DNA of 40,772 nt. Source: Candidatus Levyibacteriota bacterium (GTDB lineage: Bacteria; Patescibacteriota; Microgenomatia; Levybacterales; UBA12049). The DNA lies in NCBI GenBank assembly GCA_963722305.1, contig CAVRKE010000001.1, positions 567,549 through 608,320 of the forward strand, in the 5' to 3' direction. Made by a program: the position numbers and the translations under genes. Positions within the stretch are counted from its first letter, which is position 1, and each line of letters opens with the position of its first letter. The notes beneath the pieces were generated by a model. That model was not told where the DNA came from and searched no databases. It saw nothing but the letters and a program-made list of their open reading frames with translations. Below are positions 8,993 through 16,766 of this stretch, in pieces.

Positions 8993-9718
8993 CTAAGACG
9001 TAGATTTTCGAAGTCCGGTTTTTTCCATAATAACCAAGTAGATAAATTGAAGGAGTCTTAGTTGCCTTTTTATTCTCCACGGTTGGACGATCAGTCGGAA
9101 CAACCATTCGAGTCCTAATTGACGAACAATGACTGGCGCGCGGCGCACTTTTCCGGAAATAAAATCAAATGCTCCGCCAACGCCGATAACTACTTTTGCA
9201 GGTAAATTATTGAGGTTTTCCGCAATCCAAATCTCCTGTTTTGGCGAGCCAAAAGCGACAAAAAGGATGTCCACTTTTTTCTTGCCCAAATCCTTTGCCC
9301 ATTCCTCTGCAATCAGTCCAACTTTTAGCCCGGGATACTTTTTTTGTAAGCACTCAGCGGTTTTGACTGCTACGTTAGGTCCGGCACCAAGAAAGCCCGC
9401 CGTTATAGGCCGTTTTGCTATATCCTTACACAGCTTTTCTACTAAGTCCACGCCCTGTATTCTCTCCTTTAGGGGTTTTGAGAGTAGTTTACTCGCTAAC
9501 ACTACTCCGATGCCATCCGGCAAGGCCAATTTGGCTCCATTGAGAACATCTTTATATTTTTTATCATGGTGGGCAATCACTAAAAGTTCGGGGTTAGGGG
9601 TAACAATGTAGTATTTTTTCGGTAAAGTTTGTAGTCCTGTAACTATAAACTCTAGGATTTCTTTATTATTAGCATTACTAAACCCAACACCTAGTAAAAA
9701 TATTTTTTCAAAAGTCAT
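8993..9718 (-). CDS. WecB/TagA/CpsF-family glycosyltransferase (GT26)
   Basis: Contains FGSPKQEIWI and GVGGAFDFISGKVRRAP...LGLEWLFRL, which are signatures of the family. Confidence 0.75.
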   Translation of the reverse strand: MTFEKIFLLGVGFSNANNKEILEFIVTGLQTLPKKYYIVTPNPELLVIAHHDKKYKDVLNGAKLALPDGIGVVLASKLLSKPLKERIQGVDLVEKLCKDIAKRPITAGFLGAGPNVAVKTAECLQKKYPGLKVGLIAEEWAKDLGKKKVDILFVAFGSPKQEIWIAENLNNLPAKVVIGVGGAFDFISGKVRRAPVIVRQLGLEWLFRLIVQPWRIKRQLRLLQFIYLVIMEKTGLRKSTS

Positions 9719-10027
9719 AATTTTACTATAAGGTAAGTCTTGAAAAATTGTATTTGGCTAAAAAGTGCTTTTTTGAACATTTTTATTATTCAACAATCTT
9801 ACTCTTCTATTATGCTTCGTCGTTTACAAATATTTTAATTTGTAGCCTATTGCCAATCTAACTACTATAAACTTAATTCCTGTGAAAAATCTTACAAATA
9901 TTGTGTAAATTTTCTCACACGTTTTTGCTCTTTGTTAATTATAGGATAAAACACTATTTATCATTTATTAATTGCCAATAATTTATTTGATTTCTAAACA
10001 GTCACTAATAAATTGTAAATAGCGTAT

Positions 10028-11047
10028 TTATTTTCTGGCAATACTTCTTTTGTAAAGTTCGATATTTTCCAGTGCAACCCCCGTCCCCCTGACAACACAC
10101 AACAGGGCGTCTTCCACTAAATGACATGGCACTCCGGTAACCTTTGTCATTAACTTATCAAAGTTTGTCAGCAAAGACGTACCTCCCGACATGACAACTC
10201 CTTTATCAATAATGTCACTGGCCAACTCCGGCGGGGTTTGTTCCATTACTCCCTTAACCGCCGAAATAATATCCAGAAGGACCGGATAAATCGCTTCGTT
10301 AACTTGGGCTTCGTTTAACTCTATCGTCCGCGGTAGTCCGGTTATCGAATCCCGTCCTCTGATTTCGGTTTTTTTCTGGTCCGACACTTTTTTTTCGTCT
10401 AAAAAGGCGTTGCCCATTCCGATTTTGATTTCTTCGGCTGTCCTTTCGCCAATTAATAAATTAAACTTCCTTTTGATATAATTGGCGATCGCTTCGTCAA
10501 TCTTGTTGCCGCCGACCCGGACCGAGTTATGCACTACTACTCCGCCTAAAGAAATAACCGCCGCTTCGGTGGAGCCTCCGCCGATATCCACTACCATGTG
10601 CCCGGCCGGCTGGGCAATCGGTACTTTGGCACCAATAGCCGCTGCCAACGGCTCTTCGATAAGATAAGCTACTTTGGCGCCGGCAGCCATGGTGGCGTCT
10701 AAAACCGCCCGCCTTTCCACTTGGGTGACGCCGGACGGAATACAAACCATTACTTCGGGCTTAAAAAAACGCGATTTTCCCGCCGCTTTATCAATAAAGT
10801 AGGAAAGCATGGCTTCGGTAATGGTGTAATCGGCAATGACGCCATCTCTGAGCGGCCGCATGGCCACAATATTACCCGGGGTGCGGCCCAACATGTCTTT
10901 AGCTTCTTTACCAACCGCCACCACCCGATTATCCTCGGCGGTAACAGCCACTACTGTCGGCTCGTTAAGTACAATCCCTTCTCCGGCAACATAAACCAGG
11001 GTATTTGCAGTGCCTAAATCAATGCCAATTCTTTTTGAAAACGCCAT
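10028..11047 (-). CDS. mreB: Rod-shape-determining actin homolog MreB
   Basis: Contains IGIDLGTANTLVY, VVDIGGGSTE and VMSGGTSLL, with full-length colinearity to MreB. Confidence 0.93.
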   Translation of the reverse strand: MAFSKRIGIDLGTANTLVYVAGEGIVLNEPTVVAVTAEDNRVVAVGKEAKDMLGRTPGNIVAMRPLRDGVIADYTITEAMLSYFIDKAAGKSRFFKPEVMVCIPSGVTQVERRAVLDATMAAGAKVAYLIEEPLAAAIGAKVPIAQPAGHMVVDIGGGSTEAAVISLGGVVVHNSVRVGGNKIDEAIANYIKRKFNLLIGERTAEEIKIGMGNAFLDEKKVSDQKKTEIRGRDSITGLPRTIELNEAQVNEAIYPVLLDIISAVKGVMEQTPPELASDIIDKGVVMSGGTSLLTNFDKLMTKVTGVPCHLVEDALLCVVRGTGVALENIELYKRSIARK

Positions 11048-11050
11048 AAA

Positions 11051-11158
11051 ATTAATTTCTAATTCTTAATTACTAATTTCTAATCAAATCTCAATGCCTA
11101 AGTTTTAAAATTAAACATTGAATCATTCATTGAAAATTGAGAATTAATAATTGAAAAT
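11051..11158. repeat. AT-rich intergenic element, copy a (heptad arrays flanking a conserved core)
   Basis: The left arm reads AATTTCT AATTCTT AATTACT AATTTCT. The core is TTTTAAAATTAAACATTGAAT (11103-11123). The right arm TTGAAAA TTGAGAA TTAATAA TTGAAAA is the inverted orientation of the same heptad type. It is homologous to 16039-16132 and 30315-30399. Confidence 0.7.
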
Positions 11159-11300
11159 TTTAGTCTGACTATATCAAAAGATATACTAAAGATATCAATT
11201 TTGCTAATAGCTTCGACTTTTTTGATTATAGAACTTATTTAGTCTATCTTGCAAGAGCTATTGTTAGCTTGTATAATGCGGGTATATTCAATATACCCGG

Positions 11301-12509
11301 ATGAAAAAGCAATTAATTATTCCTGCCTTAATTATTTTATTCTTATTACTCGGAACCATGTTAGTCGTTTTGTTGGGCAGAGGCTATCAGCTGAACCTAA
11401 ACGGCAACGGCCCGATGATTTCCGGAACCGGCCTGTTGGTTGCCACCAGTTCGCCCGACGGCGCCCAAGTCTTAATTAATGGCCATTTAACCACCGCTAC
11501 CGACAACACTATTAACCTCGCTCCCGGCGACTATGACATCAAAATTTTTAAAGAGGGCTATTTTCCCTGGGAGAAAAAAATTACTATCAAAAAAGAGGTG
11601 GTCAGCAAAGCCGATGCGCTACTCTTCCCAACTGCCCCCCAGCTGGCCAGCATTACCAACGTTGGAATCCAAAATCCGGTTTTAGACCCAACCGAAACCA
11701 AAATTGCTTACACCATTGCCTCCCAATCGGCCACCGAAAATGGTATTTATGTTTTGGACATGAGTTTAAGGCCGATTTTAACCCTGCAAGACAGCTCTAC
11801 CCAATTAATTGATGACACTCTTACCAGCTTTTCGGAAGCGAATTTACAATGGTCACCTGACAGCACTCAGCTCCTTGCAACCATTCCCAATCTTTCTTCC
11901 ACCACTACTTACCTTCTGCAAACCAGCGGTATGAACCAAGCTCCCCAGGACGTCACCGAAACACTGGCTTCAGTTGATGCTTCCTGGCAAACAATACAAA
12001 CCGAAAAAGATACGGCCCAGATGAATGTTTTACCCAAGAATTTAAGAACTATTGTGGTGGCTAACTTCAACATTTTGCAGTGGTCGGCTGACGATACCAA
12101 AATTCTTTATACGGCCTCGCAGTCTGCCAGCTTACCGCTGATCATTAATCCGCCGCTAATTGGCACCGACTCGACTCCGCAGGTCCGCGATATCCGAAAA
12201 GGTGAAGTATATGTTTATGACATTAAGGAAGACCGCAATTATCTGATTTTAAGCGCTCTGCCGGCTGGGAAGCCCGCTGAGCAACAACTGCCGATTATGT
12301 GGTATCCGGATTCAAAACATTTAGTTTATGTCCATGACGGCAAGATTGACATGATGGAATACGACGCCCAAAACCAAACCACTGTTTATGCCGGGCCGTT
12401 TGTCGATGATTTTGTTTTCCCCTGGCCGGACGCGACCAAACTGGTAATTTTGACCAACCTCGGAAATCCTTCGATTGCCCCGAATTTATATACGCTTGGG
12501 TTGAAGTAA
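11301..12509 (+). CDS. PEGA-domain membrane-anchored protein with beta-propeller-like C-terminal region
   Basis: It has an N-terminal TM helix and a PEGA-type segment (VLINGHLTT...GDYDIKIFKEGYFPWEKKITIKK). The C-terminal repeats resemble TolB/WD40-like blades, but that similarity is weak. Confidence 0.7.
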   Translation: MKKQLIIPALIILFLLLGTMLVVLLGRGYQLNLNGNGPMISGTGLLVATSSPDGAQVLINGHLTTATDNTINLAPGDYDIKIFKEGYFPWEKKITIKKEVVSKADALLFPTAPQLASITNVGIQNPVLDPTETKIAYTIASQSATENGIYVLDMSLRPILTLQDSSTQLIDDTLTSFSEANLQWSPDSTQLLATIPNLSSTTTYLLQTSGMNQAPQDVTETLASVDASWQTIQTEKDTAQMNVLPKNLRTIVVANFNILQWSADDTKILYTASQSASLPLIINPPLIGTDSTPQVRDIRKGEVYVYDIKEDRNYLILSALPAGKPAEQQLPIMWYPDSKHLVYVHDGKIDMMEYDAQNQTTVYAGPFVDDFVFPWPDATKLVILTNLGNPSIAPNLYTLGLK

Positions 12510-12531
12510 ATCCAAAGGAATGAAGGACAAT

Positions 12532-12891
12532 TTACTTGGAGCCTTTAACAGGACCTTGCGTAAGTTCACTAACTATTTTGCGAATCGCTCTAACGGGCCA
12601 CAATAAAACAGGTTTGGTTAAATTATTAAATGCTTCCTTTGCGCCATCAAACATAAACCTCGGAATATCTCTAAATCCAACTGCTCCCCCATTCTTATAT
12701 GTTAAAGGCTCTAATCCTAATCTGTTTCTAAGTTCGGCTGCTCGTTGGTCATCGCTACGACTAACCCCCGGAATAATCCCTGACAATTCGTCTCTCATCT
12801 TAGCAATCGCCTCTTCTGGTAAGGCTGCTGGGCCTGCTGGACTTTGGCTTCCCTGTTGTTCTGATGCTTGAGCGCCACCGGCTTGCGCCAA
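12532..12891 (-). CDS. Hypothetical protein (TTG start)
   Basis: 119-aa ORF with a low-complexity N-terminus. A similar-length ORF exists on the opposite strand (12536-12871). I chose the minus strand only because its sequence looks more protein-like. Confidence 0.35.
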   Translation of the reverse strand: MAQAGGAQASEQQGSQSPAGPAALPEEAIAKMRDELSGIIPGVSRSDDQRAAELRNRLGLEPLTYKNGGAVGFRDIPRFMFDGAKEAFNNLTKPVLLWPVRAIRKIVSELTQGPVKGSK

Positions 12892-13161
12892 TCTCGCCGG
12901 AGCTTCTGGAGAACCACTATTTGTTGATATTGGAACTTCACCTTCTCCACTTATACTTTCAGTAAATCATAATCATTTAGAGTTTGCAAACACTAATAAA
13001 CGTTGGGCAAATCAACATAATTTTAGTTATCACAATAGAGAAATCAGTATCGGAAGGTATCAATTCCTGGATTTTCGGGCCAGCCAAAAAAATTACCGAT
13101 TGTTCGAAGGAGAAAACGAACCGCGTCCTTTTTTGGCATTTGAAATTTGAAATTTCGCATG

Positions 13162-13233
13162 TATCCCCGGCGGGAATCGAACCTGCATCAATCGCTTAGG
13201 ACGCGACTACTCTATCCATTGAGCTACGGGGAC
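13162..13233 (-). tRNA. tRNA-Arg (anticodon CCT)
   Basis: Hand-folded 72-nt cloverleaf. The acceptor is GTCCCCG/CGGGGAT, the D arm GCTC..GAGT with GG in the loop, the anticodon stem GTCGC/GCGAT with loop GTCCTAA, and the T loop TTCGATT. There is one A:C mismatch in the T stem and no encoded CCA. Confidence 0.85.
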
Positions 13234-13246
13234 ACTATTCGTAAGT

Positions 13247-13891
13247 TTACTTTAAATTAGCTTTACTTTCAACCAGACTTGAAAAAACTGCATTTATCGC
13301 CTTCAATTGTTTTAATAGATCTCCTCCTTTAGACACCCTAACCCGACACATTCCAAATTCAAGTTTTCCTTTTTTCTTTCCTGTTAGAACACTAATCCGC
13401 TGAAATTGTTCTTTTGGCAGATTAACCACCTTAGACCAAAAATCTAAACATTTGTCCTTATTCATATCTTCATAAATTCTAATACTTACCTTTAATCTTT
13501 CGTCTCTAATATTAAAAATCTCTCTTAATCCGCTGACAAACACCTTTATTAGATTTGAATCCGTGTTGGTTAGCATAAAGTCTTTTTTATTGCCTTCTGC
13601 CCAATAAAGCGCTGAGATAAAAAGGATTTTTTCTTTTGTCGAAATATCTTTTAAGAGTATTTCAGCTTCCCTAAGGGCTTTCTCCTCTTTTAAATTCTTT
13701 ATTCTTTTGCTTCCTCCTCTTTTAACACGCCAACTATCCATAAACTCCGGTAAGATTGTAACTTTCCTAGCGTAATAAAACACCGTTGTTTTAGCTATTT
13801 TAAGTTTTGAGCAAATTTCCGGAATTGTGTAACCCCTTTCTCTTAAATAGGAAATCTCTTTTATCTTTGCCTTACTTAATCTTTGACCCAT
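13247..13891 (-). CDS. HTH DNA-binding protein with a LAGLIDADG-like C-terminal domain (putative homing-endonuclease-like)
   Basis: The N-terminus is a resolvase-type HTH (ISYLRERGYTIPEICSKLKIAKTTVFYY). A later segment, ALYWAEGNKKDFMLTNTDSNLIKVFVSGL, resembles the LAGLIDADG_3 layout. The domain call is from memory and is not verified. Confidence 0.5.
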   Translation of the reverse strand: MGQRLSKAKIKEISYLRERGYTIPEICSKLKIAKTTVFYYARKVTILPEFMDSWRVKRGGSKRIKNLKEEKALREAEILLKDISTKEKILFISALYWAEGNKKDFMLTNTDSNLIKVFVSGLREIFNIRDERLKVSIRIYEDMNKDKCLDFWSKVVNLPKEQFQRISVLTGKKKGKLEFGMCRVRVSKGGDLLKQLKAINAVFSSLVESKANLK

Positions 13892-14038
13892 AAACTAATC
13901 GTAATTAATTCGAATTCCGTTGTCAATCAAGATTAATTTTGCTTTATCTAATTAGACAGGTTGTATTTTAGCATAAAAAACCTTAAAATGAATTCCGTAG
14001 TCCTTAATTTTGAATTCTAAATTTTGAATTTCGTTTTA

Positions 14039-14110
14039 CGGAGTGTAGTGAATCGGCATCACGCTGCGTTCGGGACGCAGAAATAGAGGGTTCAATTCCC
14101 TCCACTCCGA
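14039..14110 (+). tRNA. tRNA-Pro (anticodon CGG)
   Basis: Hand-folded 72-nt cloverleaf. The acceptor is CGGAGTG/CACTCCG, with the C1:G72 pair typical of bacterial tRNA-Pro. The D stem is GTGA/TCAC, the anticodon stem CTGCG/CGCAG with loop TTCGGGA, and the T arm GAGGG-TTCAATT-CCCTC. Confidence 0.88.
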
Positions 14111-14125
14111 CAAAAAAATTAAGAA

Positions 14126-14434
14126 TTAACCTTGCGGTCTTACTGAAGGATTAACTACTACGACATCTGCCTCGTCTGAAAATTGACTTGAGTGAATTCT
14201 TAATGCCTTTACGCTTCCTCTAATAGCTTCCTGAAATCTTCTATCCAACTCTGCCACATCTTCTGCCGCTATCGTTGAGCCAGAAGGCTCTGCAGCAAAT
14301 CCGTGCAAAGGATCTCTAACGGCGGCATCAGGACCTTTGGTCGACAGCGACGGCCGTAATCCATGATTATCCAAAGAAACACTTCCGCCCGGAACTAAGT
14401 CTACGTGAGAGGGTCCTAATTGATCAGCACTCAT
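14126..14434 (-). CDS. Hypothetical protein
   Basis: 102-aa ATG-initiated ORF in a GC-elevated segment. It has no recognisable motif. Confidence 0.35.
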   Translation of the reverse strand: MSADQLGPSHVDLVPGGSVSLDNHGLRPSLSTKGPDAAVRDPLHGFAAEPSGSTIAAEDVAELDRRFQEAIRGSVKALRIHSSQFSDEADVVVVNPSVRPQG

Positions 14435-14846
14435 AATTCAGCTATTATACTTTTGCTTTTTGTTTTCGTCAATTAGTAAAAATTTGCAAAAAACCCTCTA
14501 ATATGCTTTAATATGTGACCAGAAATTATGGTTGAAGCAAATAAAAAGGGTGCTGACCCACGTGACGTCGCTGAGAGAATTTGGCGAGGCTCGGAGTCAT
14601 TTGCAAATGTCAGTGGTAGACGAGAACCGTGGTGGCGAAGATCAAGGAGAACTAAGCAACCATCGCTTGTCCCAACAGAACCAACGGTACCACCGCTATT
14701 TTGGGACTCGGACGCCGACGAAGAAGCTCGCAAACATGTTAAGAAAACAGAGGCCGGCAACGCGCGGTTAACATATCTGAGACGCTAAAAAACTCTCGCT
14801 CACTATCGCTCGGCACTGCCTCGCGACTTGCATTCTGAAATAAGTT

Positions 14847-15605
14847 ATGTCATCATATTTTTCTATGGATGAGGGCCATAAGTTGACCAAAGACGAGAAA
14901 AAAGCTTTAAGAAAACTGGAGTGGCAACAAGAAGCCAAGACCGAAGCCCGCAATGCCAAGCTTAAGAAATTGACAATTTGGGGAGGAGTAATTCTGGTAG
15001 TCCTGGTGGTTGTTTTTGTTCTTTTCCAATCCGTAACTTCAACTTCCTCTCCTACTCTAACCCAGACTCTTAAAATCGCCCCGGTTTCCGGGAGAGATAT
15101 CAAGGAAGGCAACCCCAAAGCCAAAGTGACTTTAATTGAATACGCCGATTTCCAATGCTCTGCCTGCGCCGAATACCACCCGATAGTGAACCAAATCTTA
15201 AGCAATTATAAAAATAAAATCGATTACGTTTTTCGCATGTTCCCGCTGGAAAACACCCACCAAAACGCTTTGGCGTCTGCCGAAGCCGCTTATGCTGCCT
15301 ACCAACAGGGCGCTTTTTTCCAATATGGCGATCTGCTGTTTAATAAGCAGGACGAATGGGCTAATTTGCAGGACCCGACCACCGCCTTTGCCGACTACGC
15401 AACGCTATTAAAACTTGACGTTACTAAATTTAAAGCAGATATGAACTCGACCGTCACCAAAAAGTACGTTCAGGACTCGGAAAACGAGGCTTTAAATGAA
15501 GGGCTTGATTCCACCCCAAGCTTTTTTATTAACGGTAACTTAATCCAAAATCCGAATGACTATGCCGGTTTCAAGCAATTAATTGATGACGCTCTTTCGA
15601 AATAA
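14847..15605 (+). CDS. DsbA-family thiol:disulfide oxidoreductase, membrane-anchored
   Basis: It has an N-terminal TM helix and a thioredoxin-fold CxxC (FQCSACAEYHP). The context IEYADF...TPSFFING is typical of DsbA-like proteins. Confidence 0.8.
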   Translation: MSSYFSMDEGHKLTKDEKKALRKLEWQQEAKTEARNAKLKKLTIWGGVILVVLVVVFVLFQSVTSTSSPTLTQTLKIAPVSGRDIKEGNPKAKVTLIEYADFQCSACAEYHPIVNQILSNYKNKIDYVFRMFPLENTHQNALASAEAAYAAYQQGAFFQYGDLLFNKQDEWANLQDPTTAFADYATLLKLDVTKFKADMNSTVTKKYVQDSENEALNEGLDSTPSFFINGNLIQNPNDYAGFKQLIDDALSK

Positions 15606-16026
15606 TAAACTCATATTATACTCTCTGATTTTGGCCTTTTTTGGTTTTTTAGATTCTGCGTATTTGACACTTGAACACTATAAAAATGCCATCCCTCCCT
15701 GCACCTTGCATGGCTGCGAAACGGTTTTGACCAGCAGCTTTTCGATGCTTGGCCCAATCCCCCTCGCTCTCTTGGGCGCACTTTTTTATCTGGCAGTGAT
15801 GGTTTTGTGCCTTTTGATTTTGATTGAAGGCCTGGATAAGCTGTTGAAGTTTTTTCATTTGACTGTGACGATTGGCTTTGCCTTTTCGGTCTACCTCTTT
15901 TTGCTGCAACTTTTGATTATCAAATCCTTCTGTCAGTATTGCCTCTTGTCGGAAGTAATTTCCACCGGCCTATTAGCCTTATCGCTTCTGAAAATCAGAG
16001 AAGATAAGCAACAGGCAAAATCCTAA
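15586..16026 (+). CDS. Vitamin K epoxide reductase (VKOR) family membrane protein
   Basis: It has four predicted TM helices, loop cysteines (PPCTLHGCE) and an in-membrane CxxC (FCQYC). It overlaps the DsbA-like gene. The track start is TTG 15583; I used the adjacent ATG 15586. Confidence 0.75.
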   Translation: MTLFRNNKLILYSLILAFFGFLDSAYLTLEHYKNAIPPCTLHGCETVLTSSFSMLGPIPLALLGALFYLAVMVLCLLILIEGLDKLLKFFHLTVTIGFAFSVYLFLLQLLIIKSFCQYCLLSEVISTGLLALSLLKIREDKQQAKS

Positions 16027-16038
16027 TTGACCTAAATA

Positions 16039-16132
16039 TCTAATTTCCAATCAAATCCCAAATCCCAAGTACCAATTTTAAAATTTAAACATTCGAATTT
16101 GTCTAGAAATTAGGAATTAAAAATTAGAAATT
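16039..16132. repeat. AT-rich intergenic element, copy b
   Basis: TAATTTCCAATCAAATCCCAA (16041-16061) matches 11074-11094 at 19 of 21 positions. The core is TTTTAAAATTTAAACATTCGAAT (16076-16098). The right arm GAATTTGTCTAGAAATTAGGAATTAAAAATTAGAAATTC closely matches 30358-30399. Confidence 0.7.
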
Positions 16133-16134
16133 CT

Positions 16135-16707
16135 TTAGATAAACTCTTCCATCCTTTTGTAATTTTGGATTTCTTCCGGGGTGAACCAGAGGGCTTTTTC
16201 AATGTTGGCTTCTTCGAGCGAAGCTGAAATATGCACAACGTTCATTACTCCCCGCTTTTCGGCATTCGCGTAAGCGGCCGAGTCGGTTGAATAATCACCG
16301 CGGATGGTTCCGGCGGGCGCATTCACCGGCATGGTTGGCCCGGCCAGGTTAACCACGTTTTCGACCGCATGCTTGCCTTCCAAAATCATTGCCACCATCG
16401 GGCCGGATTTAACGTAGTCGAACAGCCAACCACGCACCATTTTACCAAGCTCCAGCGGATCGTCGGTTCCTAAGTCTTTTTTGGCATCTTTGCCGTACTG
16501 GGTGTAAGTCTTAAGAGTCTTTTCGCCCCATCTTTGCAGAGTTTTGGGGTCGTTGGCGTTGTAGTGTTTGACCAGGATTTCGTCTTTGGCGGAAATCATC
16601 CTGAGGGCGACAATTTTGAGGCCCATTCTTTCAAAGCGGCGGATTATTTCGCCTACCAGGCCTCGTTTGACTCCATCGGGTTTAACCATTACAAATGTCT
16701 GTTCCAT
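16135..16707 (-). CDS. ndk: Nucleoside-diphosphate kinase (long form with internal insertion)
   Basis: Contains TFVMVKPDGVKRGLVGEIIRRFERMGLKIVALRM, TIRGDY and NVVHIS. At 190 aa it is longer than the usual ~140-150 aa. Confidence 0.85.
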   Translation of the reverse strand: MEQTFVMVKPDGVKRGLVGEIIRRFERMGLKIVALRMISAKDEILVKHYNANDPKTLQRWGEKTLKTYTQYGKDAKKDLGTDDPLELGKMVRGWLFDYVKSGPMVAMILEGKHAVENVVNLAGPTMPVNAPAGTIRGDYSTDSAAYANAEKRGVMNVVHISASLEEANIEKALWFTPEEIQNYKRMEEFI

Positions 16708-16766
16708 TGTTTATATTTTAATTGGTAAAAGCCATATTGTAAATAGATGAAATGAGAAAAACCTAT

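Noticed and set aside
9129-9611. 160-aa plus-strand ORF
   Set aside because: It is antisense to the well-supported WecB/TagA-family gene and has a compositionally odd (Pro/Ser/Thr-rich) sequence with no motifs.
12536-12871. 111-aa plus-strand ORF mirroring the 12532-12891 minus-strand ORF
   Set aside because: Only one of the two can be real. The plus-strand product is Leu/Ser/Pro-rich with no start context. Confidence in either strand remains low.
14520-14830. RNase P RNA, tmRNA or SRP RNA assignment for the GC-rich segment
   Set aside because: The segment starts GGTGCTGACC (reminiscent of the M1 RNA 5' end) and contains ACAGAACC. However, it lacks the P4 GAGGAAAGUCC box, any tRNA-like 3' domain and the SRP GGAA-tetraloop/AGCAGCC motif. 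It is kept only as an unresolved finding.
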